64,000 bases of DNA from Salisapilia sapeloensis CBS 127946 (lineage: Eukaryota; Protista; Oomycota): positions 3,358-67,357 of the forward strand of contig JAADVB010000084.1 in NCBI GenBank assembly GCA_023334545.1, written 5' to 3'. A program made the translations under genes and the position numbers. The notes below the pieces were generated by a model. The model made no database searches. It worked only from the letters and a program-made list of their open reading frames with translations, and was not told where the DNA came from. Positions 1-11,483 of this stretch are shown piece by piece (positions within the stretch are counted from its first letter, which is position 1; each line of letters begins with the position of its first letter).

Positions 1-385
1 GCCTGTTTAATGCATGCCAGAACAGTGGTAACTTGGCAGAAAGGAGTACGTACACGTCGTGGATGTTCTTGTCGAGCTGGAGAAGGCCAAGGCGTTGGAA
101 AGGAGCGATGCCGGCACTGTCATTCGAGTCAGCGGGGGAGAATGCCCAGCGAGAAGTACTGTCCTCGAATGGCTCGAGGCAGAAGGCTGCTCGGCCATTA
201 TTGAGCGTCGCGCACTGTGTATTGTTCGTGCAGTCAATAGAGTTGCTAGAGGATGACCCGAGGATGACACAGGCACTATCGCCATTGCAGGCTCCGCTGC
301 AGCTCGTCGTGAGTGTATTCAGAGCCATTTGCATCGGTGCAGCGTGTACCTGGACCGTGAGTAGGAGCAGGATAGCGATCCACAT
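1..385 (-). CDS. Secreted or receptor-like protein with signal peptide and Cys-rich N-terminus, 3' partial (runs off window start)
   Basis: Manual translation from ATG at 385: MWIAILLLLTVQVHA-APMQMALNTLTTSCSGACNGDSACVILGSSSSNSIDCTNNTQC...; frame stays open to position 1. Absent from the ORF track because there is no stop in the window. Confidence 0.65.
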   Translation of the reverse strand, partial: MWIAILLLLTVQVHAAPMQMALNTLTTSCSGACNGDSACVILGSSSSNSIDCTNNTQCATLNNGRAAFCLEPFEDSTSRWAFSPADSNDSAGIAPFQRLGLLQLDKNIHDVYVLLSAKLPLFWHALNR

Positions 386-815
386 CTTGGTTTGGATTCG
401 ATCGAATATGGCTTAATTGGCTATCGTGAATAGATGAGAAGGAAGGGGAGGCTGTCGTTCGGACAATCAAGGAGGAAATGAGAATGGGAGATCTGGTCAT
501 CGTGTGTTCGCGAGTTAATTGATCGAATCCATCACACGCGGATTGGGTGAAATCCGTATTTGTGCAGTCACGATTGGCATAAAATGTAGTCACAAAGGAG
601 AGATAGGCTTCGAAGGAAGTTTTGTTACGATGAAGCGAGCGAAGAATGTGCTAAGCATTAGACAAGTACGTGGACATCCACCAAAGCTCCTCGATGCCGT
701 GAAAATGTACAACGGCGCAAATTAAAGTCAGGTCGAAGCGGTCGCGTCTCTACATGTATGTCACATTTTCATAGAATGCCACACATTTTCGACACCCTCT
801 TCCAACACTTAAATC

Positions 816-1398
816 ATGAGCTCGATTTCGGCGAACCCGCAGCACGTTATTGACACGGAGGACGCAGCGGACTTAAATCTCGGCGATGATTTTCGTAACG
901 AGACGTGTCTGTCCAACGCCGAGGTCGCTGTCATCTTAGAAAAGCAAAAGTCAGACTATGAGAACCAGGAGAAGCAATTGACCAAGTACGATCGATAGAA
1001 AAACACATACTTTCCATTCCAATGATCTTAATTCCTACCTAGTGTCTTCCAGAAGACGTACTCGTACGTCCAGCGGTTCAGTGGCACCAAGGATCCAGTT
1101 GCGAACCAAGCTTCTGTTACAGAACTACGAGAGTACGTCCTCTCGCCTCCTACCATCGAACGTATCATAACATCCACATAGAGCTCTGATGGCCCTCGCC
1201 TTTCCACGTGAACAAGATGGAAACTCCGAGCCTTGCCGCCTAGAAGAGTTCGAGATCGCCTGTCTTTCGAACCTGAATCCAGAGGAAGTGGAAGAAGCCA
1301 ATGCGCTCATTCCGAGTCTCAACAAACGCTTTAATGAAGAAGAGATCGAGGACATTCTGAACATCGTCTCCCGCACGGCTGCACGCATGTTCAGCTAG
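816..1398 (+). CDS. RPB4: RNA polymerase II subunit RPB4 (3 exons)
   Basis: EDAADLNLGDDF..CLSNAEV..ILE, VFQKTYSYVQRF, FEIACLSNLNPEEVEEANALIPSL match the HRDC-like Rpb4 family; introns about 985-1041 and 1132-1181 (GT-AG). Confidence 0.9.
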
Positions 1399-1466
1399 AC
1401 TGTTCGACCCAATAGCACCTACCTTTGTGACGAAACAGATTCTGTATTTGAAATTATAAAAATCCG

Positions 1467-3079
1467 CTAGTCCTGATAAGAAGAAAAGTTTTTCACGAGA
1501 GGCATGACCTGGTCGCCAGCGAACCGCCCGAGAGCTCCACGAGCAGCACTCAGTTCCGAAAAGCTCTGGACGCCATCCGTCAATACGCCACTGGTCATGG
1601 CAGATCCCTTGAGCTCCTCCGTCGCAGCGTTCGTGCGAGAGATGGCGAACGGCACGGGCTCAAAGCTATGGTCTCCGTACCTTACAGGCGTCGTGTGGTC
1701 TCCCGTCACGACGATCGATACCTCCTTGTCGTCTAAATTCAGACGCTTGGGCAGTTCCTCCAACACTTTCTTGACCATCTCGTCCGCCTTTTCAATGAAA
1801 TGAATCTTCTGCTTCACGTCTTTATCATGTCCAGCGTCATCCACTGCCTTGACATGGATGAACGCAAACGTCTCTTGTCCTGTTGATAGTCGATCGACCG
1901 CCGTTTCAGCCTTAGACAAGAGGTTCGTGTGGTAGTCACCTGTGGCACCAGGAGCTTGGACGAGCTCCATGCCGAGCGACATACCCAACCCGGCGATGAT
2001 ACACGTCGGAGCGATCATGAACGACTTCATGCCATGCACCTCTTCAAACGTCGGCACTCGAATGCGTTCACCAGGTCCACGCAGCAGCACGATGTTGGCT
2101 GGTGGCTGTCCTTCTTCCTCCCGTTTCTTATTGATCGGATGACTCGATAACTTTTCATGAAACACATCCGACACTTTGTTGAGGACCTAGATACACATCG
2201 TATAAGTGGATTAGATCGCATCGTATCGACGAAACAAAAGTACTTTGCTAGAATAATCTGCTTCCGACGAATCGTCCATCGGGACAGATGTCTGGAGAGG
2301 AAGGCTACGATGCACAACGTCAGTTACACTGTATGACGGTAGAAGAGGTAGCGTACTTGTCCTTAAGAGGATCTGTGCCAGTCATTTTATCACATAAGCC
2401 AGCGCCTTTGAAGACGATGCCGAGACGATGCTCCGTCGCGTACTTTGTCTCGATACGGACATTTGGGAAACCAGGAATGGGCATGTCGTTTAGATAAGAG
2501 CACAGGTCGATACCCCACGCAGGAAAGTTTCGATCCACTCGTCTCCTCACCACTACCTTCTCTCCGTCTGCGTTCTAAATGACAACATAGGTAGTCTAGG
2601 TCCGACCCAAGAGGATGATACGATCGAATACCTCTTGAAGCGTGGCAAAGTTGCACTTGAAGGCAACATCACCTTGGTCCATGGACAGGCCTGTACCCAT
2701 GGCCTCAAAAGAACCTCGTCCGCGATAATTCCTAGTGCTATAGATTACATGGTATCCTACGATGCGATCGACTAGAGATGATACACGAAGGGGTTGTAGC
2801 CAAGGATAGACATGTGCGCCGTGTCACTGCCGCATGCGTACCCTGGTGCGACAGGATCCATCAATCCATTCAAGCCGCCACCTAGATCGATCCGAGAAAA
2901 ATTCATCATGTCAGAACGCATCCTGACGCAAGAAAGAGAGAGGATATACGAGCAATAGCGTCCATGGCAGGCGTGGAAGCTGCTTCCAATGTTGTACGGC
3001 CATCGAGCTCTTGTAGTGACACGTCGGCTAATCCGTCAATAAGCACAAAGACGACAAGAGGCTGCTTCGTACTCGTCAT
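1467..3079 (-). CDS. Cofactor-independent phosphoglycerate mutase, archaeal-type (ApgM/AlkP superfamily), multi-exon
   Basis: N-term VFVLIDGLADV, GLMDPVAPGYACGSDTAHMSILGY (catalytic Ser), C-term FIHVKAVDDAGH and VTGDHTTP..GDHS metal ligands; about 5 GT-AG introns. Confidence 0.85.
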
Positions 3080-3248
3080 CTCGGTCGACTATGCTGATCG
3101 AAAGTATGAAGATGCCAAATTCGCATTACGATCTGCGATACGTAATTCATCCTATCGTAACGAGCCAGATCTTGTAAAACGTACGAATAATCCACATCTG
3201 GATACTCACATCACGACACATCTACTTATCACTTACGAATAAGACAAC

Positions 3249-4376
3249 ATGGAGATCAGTCGACGCCCGCAGACACCGCAGGGACGGCCGCGTATGCCGC
3301 CGCCACCGTCGCCTTCGATCAAATCTACAACGGTGTCTGCATCACCGGCAGTCCGGCAGAATGAAGCACAACGACCAAAGGTCCAGCCACCGAAACAGAC
3401 CCAAGCGTCGCAAGGACAGACGCAGACGGACGAAGTCTTGCTCGAGCATACGTGGGGCGTGCATTTCGTTTCACAGCTTTATCGTTTCCATCGAGAACAG
3501 CTAGGTAATTACGCCCACGACCTTGTCAAGTTCCTGCGTGCGGCTGCAGTCCAAGCGACTCGTGGACAAGAGTACGGGTACTCTGTCAGCGTCCGGACGA
3601 CCAACCAGTTTATCGTCTTTCAAATCCAAGAAGACCGTCGAGGCGACGGCACGAAGACCAAATCCGGCTTTGTATTGCACCAGCAAGCTATCGATGGCGC
3701 CTCGTCCTCTCAACTCCAGCGACGCAGCTCTGCCTCTTCCATGTCCTCTTCTAGCAATGGCACACAGAATGCTCGTAAGCGATCTGCCTCTCGTCAGCGA
3801 GAACATCAGTACGTAGTGCTTTTGCGTGGTTCGAACCAGGTCTTGGCCTGGACTTGTTCATGGCTCCAGCAGCGTTTCCAATGTATCGTCGGTCGGACGC
3901 CTGCACGCTTTGGCAAGCAGCATGTCCGGAAGCTCGCGGCAGAATGCATCATCGACGTTGTTTCGGCACAAGCCAAGTCAAAGAAACCGAACGACGTGGA
4001 CATTGACGACAAAGGCGTCAAGGCCCCTTTATTACTTAAATTCAGAAATAACGCTGCAAGCGCTACCTTGCGAACGTATACGCTGACCGTGCCGTGGAAT
4101 ACAGTCATCCGTCTGTACAAGAAGCAACTCAAGTCATCGAAACTCCTAGCGCCAGACATTGTAACGCATATTGAATCCGAGTACTTCCCGTCGCTCCCGA
4201 TGGACCTGTCCCAATTCCATCTTTCCAGCTTTGAATTGCAGGAAGTTGCAGCCGATGACATTGGCCACTTGGAGCTATACAAGATGCAGATCGTACCACA
4301 TATGCTAAATCACTTGACAAGTATCGGAAGTCTCTTGCAGCAAGACCAAGTCGCCAAGCCACAACTTACGCTGTAG
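3249..4376 (+). CDS. Putative centromere protein L (CENP-L/Fta1-like)
   Basis: 375-aa ORF with low-complexity N-term, then TWGVHFVSQLYRF (cf. W..SPLY.F of CENP-L) and a C-term HIESEYF..PMDLSQFHLSSF..GHLEL resembling the CENP-L tail. Pattern recall only. Confidence 0.45.
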   Translation: MEISRRPQTPQGRPRMPPPPSPSIKSTTVSASPAVRQNEAQRPKVQPPKQTQASQGQTQTDEVLLEHTWGVHFVSQLYRFHREQLGNYAHDLVKFLRAAAVQATRGQEYGYSVSVRTTNQFIVFQIQEDRRGDGTKTKSGFVLHQQAIDGASSSQLQRRSSASSMSSSSNGTQNARKRSASRQREHQYVVLLRGSNQVLAWTCSWLQQRFQCIVGRTPARFGKQHVRKLAAECIIDVVSAQAKSKKPNDVDIDDKGVKAPLLLKFRNNAASATLRTYTLTVPWNTVIRLYKKQLKSSKLLAPDIVTHIESEYFPSLPMDLSQFHLSSFELQEVAADDIGHLELYKMQIVPHMLNHLTSIGSLLQQDQVAKPQLTL

Positions 4377-4528
4377 ACGCTTTTGTCATCTTCGCTCTGT
4401 ACCATCGTGTACGCAGACCACTCGTATCGACATATCATTCGATCCAGTACTTTGATCCCACCTCTTCCAACTATGAGGACTTTAGTTAATGAAATCATAA
4501 AAAGAAATTCCCATTTACACGCTTGTAT

Positions 4529-7500
4529 TTAATGCTGATATCGACTCAAATCAATCTTCCGAGGCGTATTAGTCGCTGACGTACCAGGACTCAAGCTCGA
4601 AGCCTTTTGCTTGCCATCGCTTAACGCTCGACGTAAAGCAGACTCGAGCATGCTTCGAGACTGAGACTGCATGGCTCCCACAGCTTCTTTAAACGCACTT
4701 GGTTGTGTCTGAGCATATTGTAGCAGCGATCTCGACACTAGAAGCGAGAGCTGAGTATGCACATGCTTATCTGCAGATGCTTCCAACACATGCGCCAGCT
4801 TCGGAAGCACTAGACAGACAGACGCTGGACTGTAGCTGTCATCTAGTTGAGACATCAGTAGCCTCAGAAGCTGCTCTGCTTCGTCGACTTCAGATAGATC
4901 AGTCGGGAGGACACCACCATGCTCAATGATGTTCATAACCGGACCACCTACTTGCCCAAAGTACCTACGAGCGTTCATGACGTCACCGGCTTGCACCAGC
5001 TTCTGGGTTACGCCTCGAACTCCACGAACGATATGAGCGACCACGGGTGCCACTTTAGCGTCATGATCCTCGTGCAACTTCGTCAGCATCGTACCTACTA
5101 GCTGAGCCACTGTTGCGTGGAAACTAGCGACGTCCTCGTGCACACTCTCTGGAAACTGCACGACGTAGCTACCAATCACTCGTAACGCAAAGTCGACACC
5201 AGCCACTGTCTTGTGTTCACGAGCTCTCACCAGCTCTTCCTGCAGCCATTGCACGAGCAAGATAAAGCTGCGTCGGATCTTCGACTGCACGTCCACCTGG
5301 AAAGTGGAAGCTTCCTCAGAACAGGCGAACGTTGCGAGCGTCTGGACAGCTGCGCGAGTGAGCGTCACGCCAACTTCATGCAGCTCCGTCCGATGAGCTA
5401 GACCATGGTACGCTGGCTCCACTACGCCAAGGGCCAGAGTGACATAGTGACGTGCGACCTTCGTTTGATGCAAGGCGATGATACCTCGTGTCGCTAGAGT
5501 TAGCACTTCCTCCAAGTTTTCATCCTCATGACTAGTTTTCTCTCCTACTACTTGCATTCTTGTCCTGACAACTTCCAGTGGACAGATCGCTGCTTTACCA
5601 ATCATAGAAGCCAAACTCTTACTCGTCGGTAGTTCATGGACGACAGGAAGGTAAAGCACATTCATCAGAGCTGACAAAGCAGCGTTCTGCATCCGACCTT
5701 TACGCTGGAGAGCTGTAGTAGAGAGTATATGTAAAGCATGCTCGAATAAACCATACTCTGTCCTATCAACTAGGGTAGAAAGGAAAAGAGGAATGGACTC
5801 TAAGAGATCGACTACGCTTTCTTCCGACCGGTGCGTGCTGTGGCTGCTTAGATACAGCAGAGCAGTCGAGACAAGTAGCTTCAGCTCATCTTTGTGTAAA
5901 GACACTAACTGTGCGTCTGGGAAACACTGGGGCAACGTGGCTAGTGCGAGGCACATTTCAGGCCAGAAGCGATCGTACAGTGCCCGCAACTGTTTCACTA
6001 GACCTAGATCGTCTCCAGTATGTTTCGAGAGATTTGGTACAACGACCTTCAGGACAGGTGATTTGCTAAGTACCTGGACATGATCTATCGACGGTTGTTC
6101 TAACGCAGGCCAAGCGTCACTACTTCCCTGCATGATAAAGCCACACACTCGAGTCACATCGAGCCAGCAGCTAATGATAGTATCTAAAGAAGCTGAGAGA
6201 GATGAAGTCACAGCCTTCAAGAGAGTAGACGGGCGCATGCTTTCACTTCCAGGCCCAGATTCCTGAGCCAGTCCGTTGCTATCGATCACGAGACGAGCGA
6301 GGCAGGACAAGTGCGCCAAGACAAGCTCCGTTCGCTGCACTTCTCCACCAGCAAACTCCGCCTGGCCGTATGCTTCCGACACGACCATGCGTAGAATCCG
6401 CTGGATCGCGACCTTGTCTTCCGCGATACGGAGCTGAATGCACCGACCACTGATGTCATAAGCTTCCATCGCAAGCTCCGCGTGGAACGGTGCAGCCGAC
6501 TTATTGTCAGCACCACCACTCACCTCCTTCACAGCATGTCGTACAGCTGAGGAGATCTGAGCACGATATGGCTCCAGCAAGTAGCTCTCGCCACTTGAAA
6601 CCTCCGGGTCTCTCGCGTCCTTAAATTGCGTCACGACAACATTCAAAAGCTCTAGTCCAGTGGATTGGAACATGAGGAGTTCACTCGCATCGCTAGATGT
6701 AGTCGTCGCTTGACATGCGAGTGTCACAAACTCATCTAGATACATGCAAATAAAATTGTCTTGCGGCGTCAACGCCTCCTTTCCTCTCGACACTTCTCTC
6801 GACAAACCCGGTTTAAACGAACTATCTTCTCCACATCGCATCGAGAAACGACTACGTGCTTTCAACATATCAAAATGAGCTTCGGCATCACGCTTACAAC
6901 CATCGACGAGAAGCTTGAACACGCGCAAGACACAGACGAGTGCAAAGTGACGTGCTTGACGACAGAGTGGAGGAAGGAACGTCGTGAGCTTGGCCACTGC
7001 CTTCTTCGTCTCTCGCCACACGTCCATCTGCGCTGTAATCGCAGATGCTGATGGTGATCTCACCTCTCGAGAATGCGTAGAAGGTGGTAGCGGCATCTCG
7101 AGAGATGAAGCTTCATCTACATCCGACCACGCGTCATCTGCGTTATAGTTCGTAGCGCCACTTGGACTCGACATAAGCTCTACGTCTACTTCACTACCAG
7201 GCATCTCTGACGTCGCGCCAATAGCGATACTTCGACAGAAGAGCGCCCAGTGACAAGGTCGAGCCGTCGGCTGGTACCCTCCATCGACATCCAACATACT
7301 CCAGATCGTGGAGCAGATAGCATCCACAACACTTTGAGACTTGTCAGCGAGACTGGAAAAGGATAGGGAGTCGGCCATGCCATGCAGCGTCGGCATGTAT
7401 TTCCACGTGAGGTTCGTGTACTCTGCATGGAGAGCATGGAAGAGTAGACATTGAATACGGAATTGATGGATTAACGACGGCTTGCGTTCCGTCAAAGATC

Positions 7501-10500
7501 GAATACATGCCATCGCTCGATATTGGAGCATGCTACGAGCCGAACCGGACATGGATAGCAACGGTGATTTTGTCACATGCGTTCCGATCGTATCGAACGT
7601 ATCGCCTGCATCTTCTGTCGCAGGGCATAGGATATCCGCAGCATCTGAAACGATATGGAAGATATAGAACAAGTCATGAAGACGGAACTTGGTCGGTGCA
7701 TACACGACCACTTGTTCTAAGAAGGCAAGGTACTCGCGTTCGACGCGTATGTCGCCGTCTTGACGCAACGTTCCCCACATGACATGCAGTTTATTCAATC
7801 TGTCTTTCGAGTCCACGACATCCGGTCCGAGCGTCGAGACGATGCTGTTAATGACTTGACTAAGCGCGACTTTTGATCCAACATCCCACTTGGGACGATT
7901 GAGACCTTTGGATGACTCAAACCCAGCCAAGATTTGAGTCTCCAGCAGCGCCATGGACGAGTTCACATACTGCGTCTGATCTGTTCCTGAGAGAGCGATC
8001 GAATCTAGCACAATGCTCCACGAATGCAGCATCCACGTACGTAGCGGATACGCTACTTCGGCACCAAAGCGGTACATGAGTCCAGTGTCGATAGTCACTT
8101 TCGTCCCACAGCGTCGCTTGATACATGCCACGGCAAACAACGTACCTGCTAGCTGGATAGATGTGTCCGAGGCAGAAGATGATGTTGTCACAGATGGCAG
8201 TCTTTCGTTCGCGAGCTTCTTCTCCAGTTCTTGTATCAACGCACGCCTGTTGTCATCGCGAAGGAGCTCTGCCAAACGTCCTAATGCCTCTCCAGCTCCA
8301 CGTCGGACAGTCGGATTGTCACTCATGACCATCTCCCACAGCATGCTCTGCACCTGCATGGACCATGATGGTGCTGCTTCTGTCTCAGACGGAATAGACG
8401 CTTCCTGTAGTGCTGCCATCAACAACGAGCAGACGTTCACGTCACAATGACTACGCGACTCGCCTAGGACGTTCGAGTAGTGCTGAAGACAGCGAAGCTG
8501 CAGATCTTCCGGCAGTAAATGGAATAAACGACCAAAGAGCAAGACACTCGCGTCGACTAAACGCGTGTGGGCGAGACTGCTGCATGGGTAATAGTCATAC
8601 ACATCTTCTTCTTTTCGTTCACATACGGATGCATAAAAGACATCCAAGTACTGCGTCTCCATCTCTGTATCGGTTAAAGTATTCTCTGGCTGTAGTAAGA
8701 ACAAAATATGATTTAACTCTTTCGAATACAAAGCACTCGGACCATCTCCTGCTTCCAAATGAGCCACTGATGATACGTCTAGGACGTCATCGGCGTTCGT
8801 AAGCGCGTGAGAAAGGAACGTCGTGTCTACAGGGGCCACTGGTGACTGCGTTAGATTCGTCAGCGACTGACCAGTCGTGAACTCTGCTACAAGATCCACA
8901 AGTGTAATGAAAGAATCCTTGTAGACGGATGGGAGCAGGGTAAAGCATCTTAAGATCCACGTCAAAAGACGATATCTCGCAGTCTGTCCTCTCCGCTTCG
9001 TCGGATGACTCAATTGGTCTTGTAAAGCCATCACGAACGTATGCAGAATATGCCCAGACAACATATAAAACCCATCCGTACTACCAGCTACATCTTTGGC
9101 GCAAGTGAGAAAGTTATACAGAGCATGAAGCTGTCCTTCCATACGCAGAATCTCAAGCGAAGACTCGCGCGTTTGCAAGACACTCGCTTTCAGCCACAAG
9201 GACATAAGAGAACTCATCTTGGACTGCACCCAAAAGTCATCTTTCACGGCGGACAAAGCGCCAATAAGAGTCCATCCGGCTCGAGTACATGTGAGCCAGA
9301 CACTGTCCGAAAAGTTCTCCGCGAATTGGCTTTCCACGAGCTGAATCGCATGCGTGAGTACTTGATCTAGAACTGAATGCGAAATATCCGAGTCCGCTCG
9401 CAATCGAATCGCACGAAGCAAGTGTGCGATGGCAGAAGCGACACCTTGGATGCCATATAAAAGAGATTTGCTACCAGTAGTACTACTTTCGTCCAATGAT
9501 TCTTCTAGACTATCACCGATGGTATCCTCAACTTGCGAGTGATTACTCAGTAGCGTCGACGTCGTTTCACTCAATCGATCGACGCAATAGGTCAGGACGG
9601 TCTTTAGTTGATACGGCAACGCCGTCACGAGCGATGCGAGGGCCACTGCTGCTTGGAAACGTACTCCTTGCTTCTCATGCGACAGGAAGCGTTGCAACAG
9701 CTCAATACTCTGACCGACGCTGTCTGCGCTGCTCTCACCTAGTGCCTGGTACATGTGACTCACTTCCACAAGCAGCGTCAGGATCTTGTGATGATTACAG
9801 AAAGATGCATCAGCTATCGACTCGGCCTGGAGTTTCTCCAAGTACACACCAAGGAGCTCTGTCTGCTGTCGTTCGATCAAGGTGCTATTCAGTCCATAGC
9901 GAAGAACAAAACAAACGGAATTTCTAGCTCGCGTTAAATCGCCCAGACCAAACGGATAGTCGAGAATTGCAAGCAATGCGTCGACAATCTCTCGCAATTG
10001 CGTCCCACCGATCGAGTCTGGCGGAAGACGCTCGAGCATACTACACAATGCGATCGAATAGGACGCGAGGATACCTCCATGGCTTTGCGTAGGTACAGTA
10101 CTAACCGTCAAGAACTTGGACTCGATCATCTCTTTTAGGTACAACACGATGCTAGCGATCGTGGAGAAATTGACGGCTGCAGCTTTCCGTCGAGACATGC
10201 CGAGCAGTTGGACACTCGGGAGCTTGAAGCCGAGCTTGGACTTGCTAAAGGCTGTTGGGGCAGCCACAGGGGCTGGTACAGTCGCACTGGACGAATCGGG
10301 CTCGACAGGTGGCTGCGACGCATCGGTCGAATCGTCTTCATCACTTCCGATGCCGCCAGAGTTGGGTGCACTCGATATCTCATTCCCGTGACTTGTAGGT
10401 TCATGCACGACCGCAGTGCCTGAAGCGAATTGTGCCAAGACGATGCCGATGACGACCGAGAAGACACGGCGCGCTTCGGGCGAGACATCATCCATACCTT

Positions 10501-11392
10501 TGCTAGCGATCTGCATGATAATATCAAACGAAATACCCATATTGGCAGTCGCGTTCGTTCCATTCGTTGGAGCTCCAGTAGAATTCGGTCCGCCACTAGA
10601 GCCTAAGCTAGCGGTAGTCGAGCTAGAGGTAGACCCAGCACTATTTCCAGTAGCATTTGGTCCACCGCTATTGCTTCCATTGAATGTACTGACTGTGCGA
10701 CTGGCAAGGACGCGTAGTAAAGTGCCGGAGAGGACACGTACTTGTGGATCCTTATCCTGCACGCACTTGTTTACGATCTTGAGCGCGTCGGCATGAAAAT
10801 AAACTAGTCTAGGCACATCATGGTCTAATAGACGGATAATACTCTCCAACATCGTATGCTTTAGCAACATCTCGCCATGGCGAATGTGTTTAACGACAAA
10901 GGCCATGACGTCCGGCACGAGCGTGAGGGCGTCGTGCAATGGCAAACGAGCAATCACCTTTACAAGCCACGTCTTCACGGGCACAGAAGTCGGTCTCGTC
11001 GCCATGGCATCGCTCAAGGCCGCAACGGCGGAATAATCAAAGCTACGCACGAGAAGATCGCAGAGCATGCTCAAAATGCCATCGGACATGGGAATCGACA
11101 CGCCTCCCGCAGCTGTCAGTGTCGATATCGATCCAGACGCCCCGGATCCCGAAGAATGGCTAGTCTGAAGCGCACAATACGCTGTTAAAGCATTCAAAAG
11201 CGGATGGAAGCTCAGCTGATGCTCATTCCCGCTGGCTTTCACCGGGCTTTCTTCAACACCCTGAGGACGACAATGACGTTCTAATGATATCAGTGTCTTG
11301 AGCAGTCTCTTGTGCTGCTTGAGGTGCTCTGCTGCAGTCGAAGCTGCTCGGAGGTCCTCTACACAGGAGCTCAAGCGCTCCATCTTGGCCAT
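4529..11392 (-). CDS. HEATR5: HEAT repeat-containing protein 5 (HEATR5/Laa1/SWEETIE family), single exon, ~2290 aa
   Basis: Uninterrupted 2304-aa ORF with HEAT-like helices (GVRFQAAVALASL, RRGAGEALGRLA, YPLRTWMLHSWSIVLDS); first in-frame ATG at 11392. Confidence 0.75.
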   Translation of the reverse strand: MAKMERLSSCVEDLRAASTAAEHLKQHKRLLKTLISLERHCRPQGVEESPVKASGNEHQLSFHPLLNALTAYCALQTSHSSGSGASGSISTLTAAGGVSIPMSDGILSMLCDLLVRSFDYSAVAALSDAMATRPTSVPVKTWLVKVIARLPLHDALTLVPDVMAFVVKHIRHGEMLLKHTMLESIIRLLDHDVPRLVYFHADALKIVNKCVQDKDPQVRVLSGTLLRVLASRTVSTFNGSNSGGPNATGNSAGSTSSSTTASLGSSGGPNSTGAPTNGTNATANMGISFDIIMQIASKGMDDVSPEARRVFSVVIGIVLAQFASGTAVVHEPTSHGNEISSAPNSGGIGSDEDDSTDASQPPVEPDSSSATVPAPVAAPTAFSKSKLGFKLPSVQLLGMSRRKAAAVNFSTIASIVLYLKEMIESKFLTVSTVPTQSHGGILASYSIALCSMLERLPPDSIGGTQLREIVDALLAILDYPFGLGDLTRARNSVCFVLRYGLNSTLIERQQTELLGVYLEKLQAESIADASFCNHHKILTLLVEVSHMYQALGESSADSVGQSIELLQRFLSHEKQGVRFQAAVALASLVTALPYQLKTVLTYCVDRLSETTSTLLSNHSQVEDTIGDSLEESLDESSTTGSKSLLYGIQGVASAIAHLLRAIRLRADSDISHSVLDQVLTHAIQLVESQFAENFSDSVWLTCTRAGWTLIGALSAVKDDFWVQSKMSSLMSLWLKASVLQTRESSLEILRMEGQLHALYNFLTCAKDVAGSTDGFYMLSGHILHTFVMALQDQLSHPTKRRGQTARYRLLTWILRCFTLLPSVYKDSFITLVDLVAEFTTGQSLTNLTQSPVAPVDTTFLSHALTNADDVLDVSSVAHLEAGDGPSALYSKELNHILFLLQPENTLTDTEMETQYLDVFYASVCERKEEDVYDYYPCSSLAHTRLVDASVLLFGRLFHLLPEDLQLRCLQHYSNVLGESRSHCDVNVCSLLMAALQEASIPSETEAAPSWSMQVQSMLWEMVMSDNPTVRRGAGEALGRLAELLRDDNRRALIQELEKKLANERLPSVTTSSSASDTSIQLAGTLFAVACIKRRCGTKVTIDTGLMYRFGAEVAYPLRTWMLHSWSIVLDSIALSGTDQTQYVNSSMALLETQILAGFESSKGLNRPKWDVGSKVALSQVINSIVSTLGPDVVDSKDRLNKLHVMWGTLRQDGDIRVEREYLAFLEQVVVYAPTKFRLHDLFYIFHIVSDAADILCPATEDAGDTFDTIGTHVTKSPLLSMSGSARSMLQYRAMACIRSLTERKPSLIHQFRIQCLLFHALHAEYTNLTWKYMPTLHGMADSLSFSSLADKSQSVVDAICSTIWSMLDVDGGYQPTARPCHWALFCRSIAIGATSEMPGSEVDVELMSSPSGATNYNADDAWSDVDEASSLEMPLPPSTHSREVRSPSASAITAQMDVWRETKKAVAKLTTFLPPLCRQARHFALVCVLRVFKLLVDGCKRDAEAHFDMLKARSRFSMRCGEDSSFKPGLSREVSRGKEALTPQDNFICMYLDEFVTLACQATTTSSDASELLMFQSTGLELLNVVVTQFKDARDPEVSSGESYLLEPYRAQISSAVRHAVKEVSGGADNKSAAPFHAELAMEAYDISGRCIQLRIAEDKVAIQRILRMVVSEAYGQAEFAGGEVQRTELVLAHLSCLARLVIDSNGLAQESGPGSESMRPSTLLKAVTSSLSASLDTIISCWLDVTRVCGFIMQGSSDAWPALEQPSIDHVQVLSKSPVLKVVVPNLSKHTGDDLGLVKQLRALYDRFWPEMCLALATLPQCFPDAQLVSLHKDELKLLVSTALLYLSSHSTHRSEESVVDLLESIPLFLSTLVDRTEYGLFEHALHILSTTALQRKGRMQNAALSALMNVLYLPVVHELPTSKSLASMIGKAAICPLEVVRTRMQVVGEKTSHEDENLEEVLTLATRGIIALHQTKVARHYVTLALGVVEPAYHGLAHRTELHEVGVTLTRAAVQTLATFACSEEASTFQVDVQSKIRRSFILLVQWLQEELVRAREHKTVAGVDFALRVIGSYVVQFPESVHEDVASFHATVAQLVGTMLTKLHEDHDAKVAPVVAHIVRGVRGVTQKLVQAGDVMNARRYFGQVGGPVMNIIEHGGVLPTDLSEVDEAEQLLRLLMSQLDDSYSPASVCLVLPKLAHVLEASADKHVHTQLSLLVSRSLLQYAQTQPSAFKEAVGAMQSQSRSMLESALRRALSDGKQKASSLSPGTSATNTPRKIDLSRYQH

Positions 11393-11483
11393 GATTTGTG
11401 CTATATTGGGGAGGAGATAGGTTTTGTTGTAAGTGGTATACAATTACTTATATAAAAGAGGACACAACGAAAAGCACATCAAG

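Noticed and set aside
4699-11188. Numerous + strand ORFs antisense to HEATR5, and similar antisense ORFs over INTS3, PSMB5 and the SPX transporter
   Set aside because: Shadow ORFs expected opposite long GC3-rich coding sequences; no motifs.
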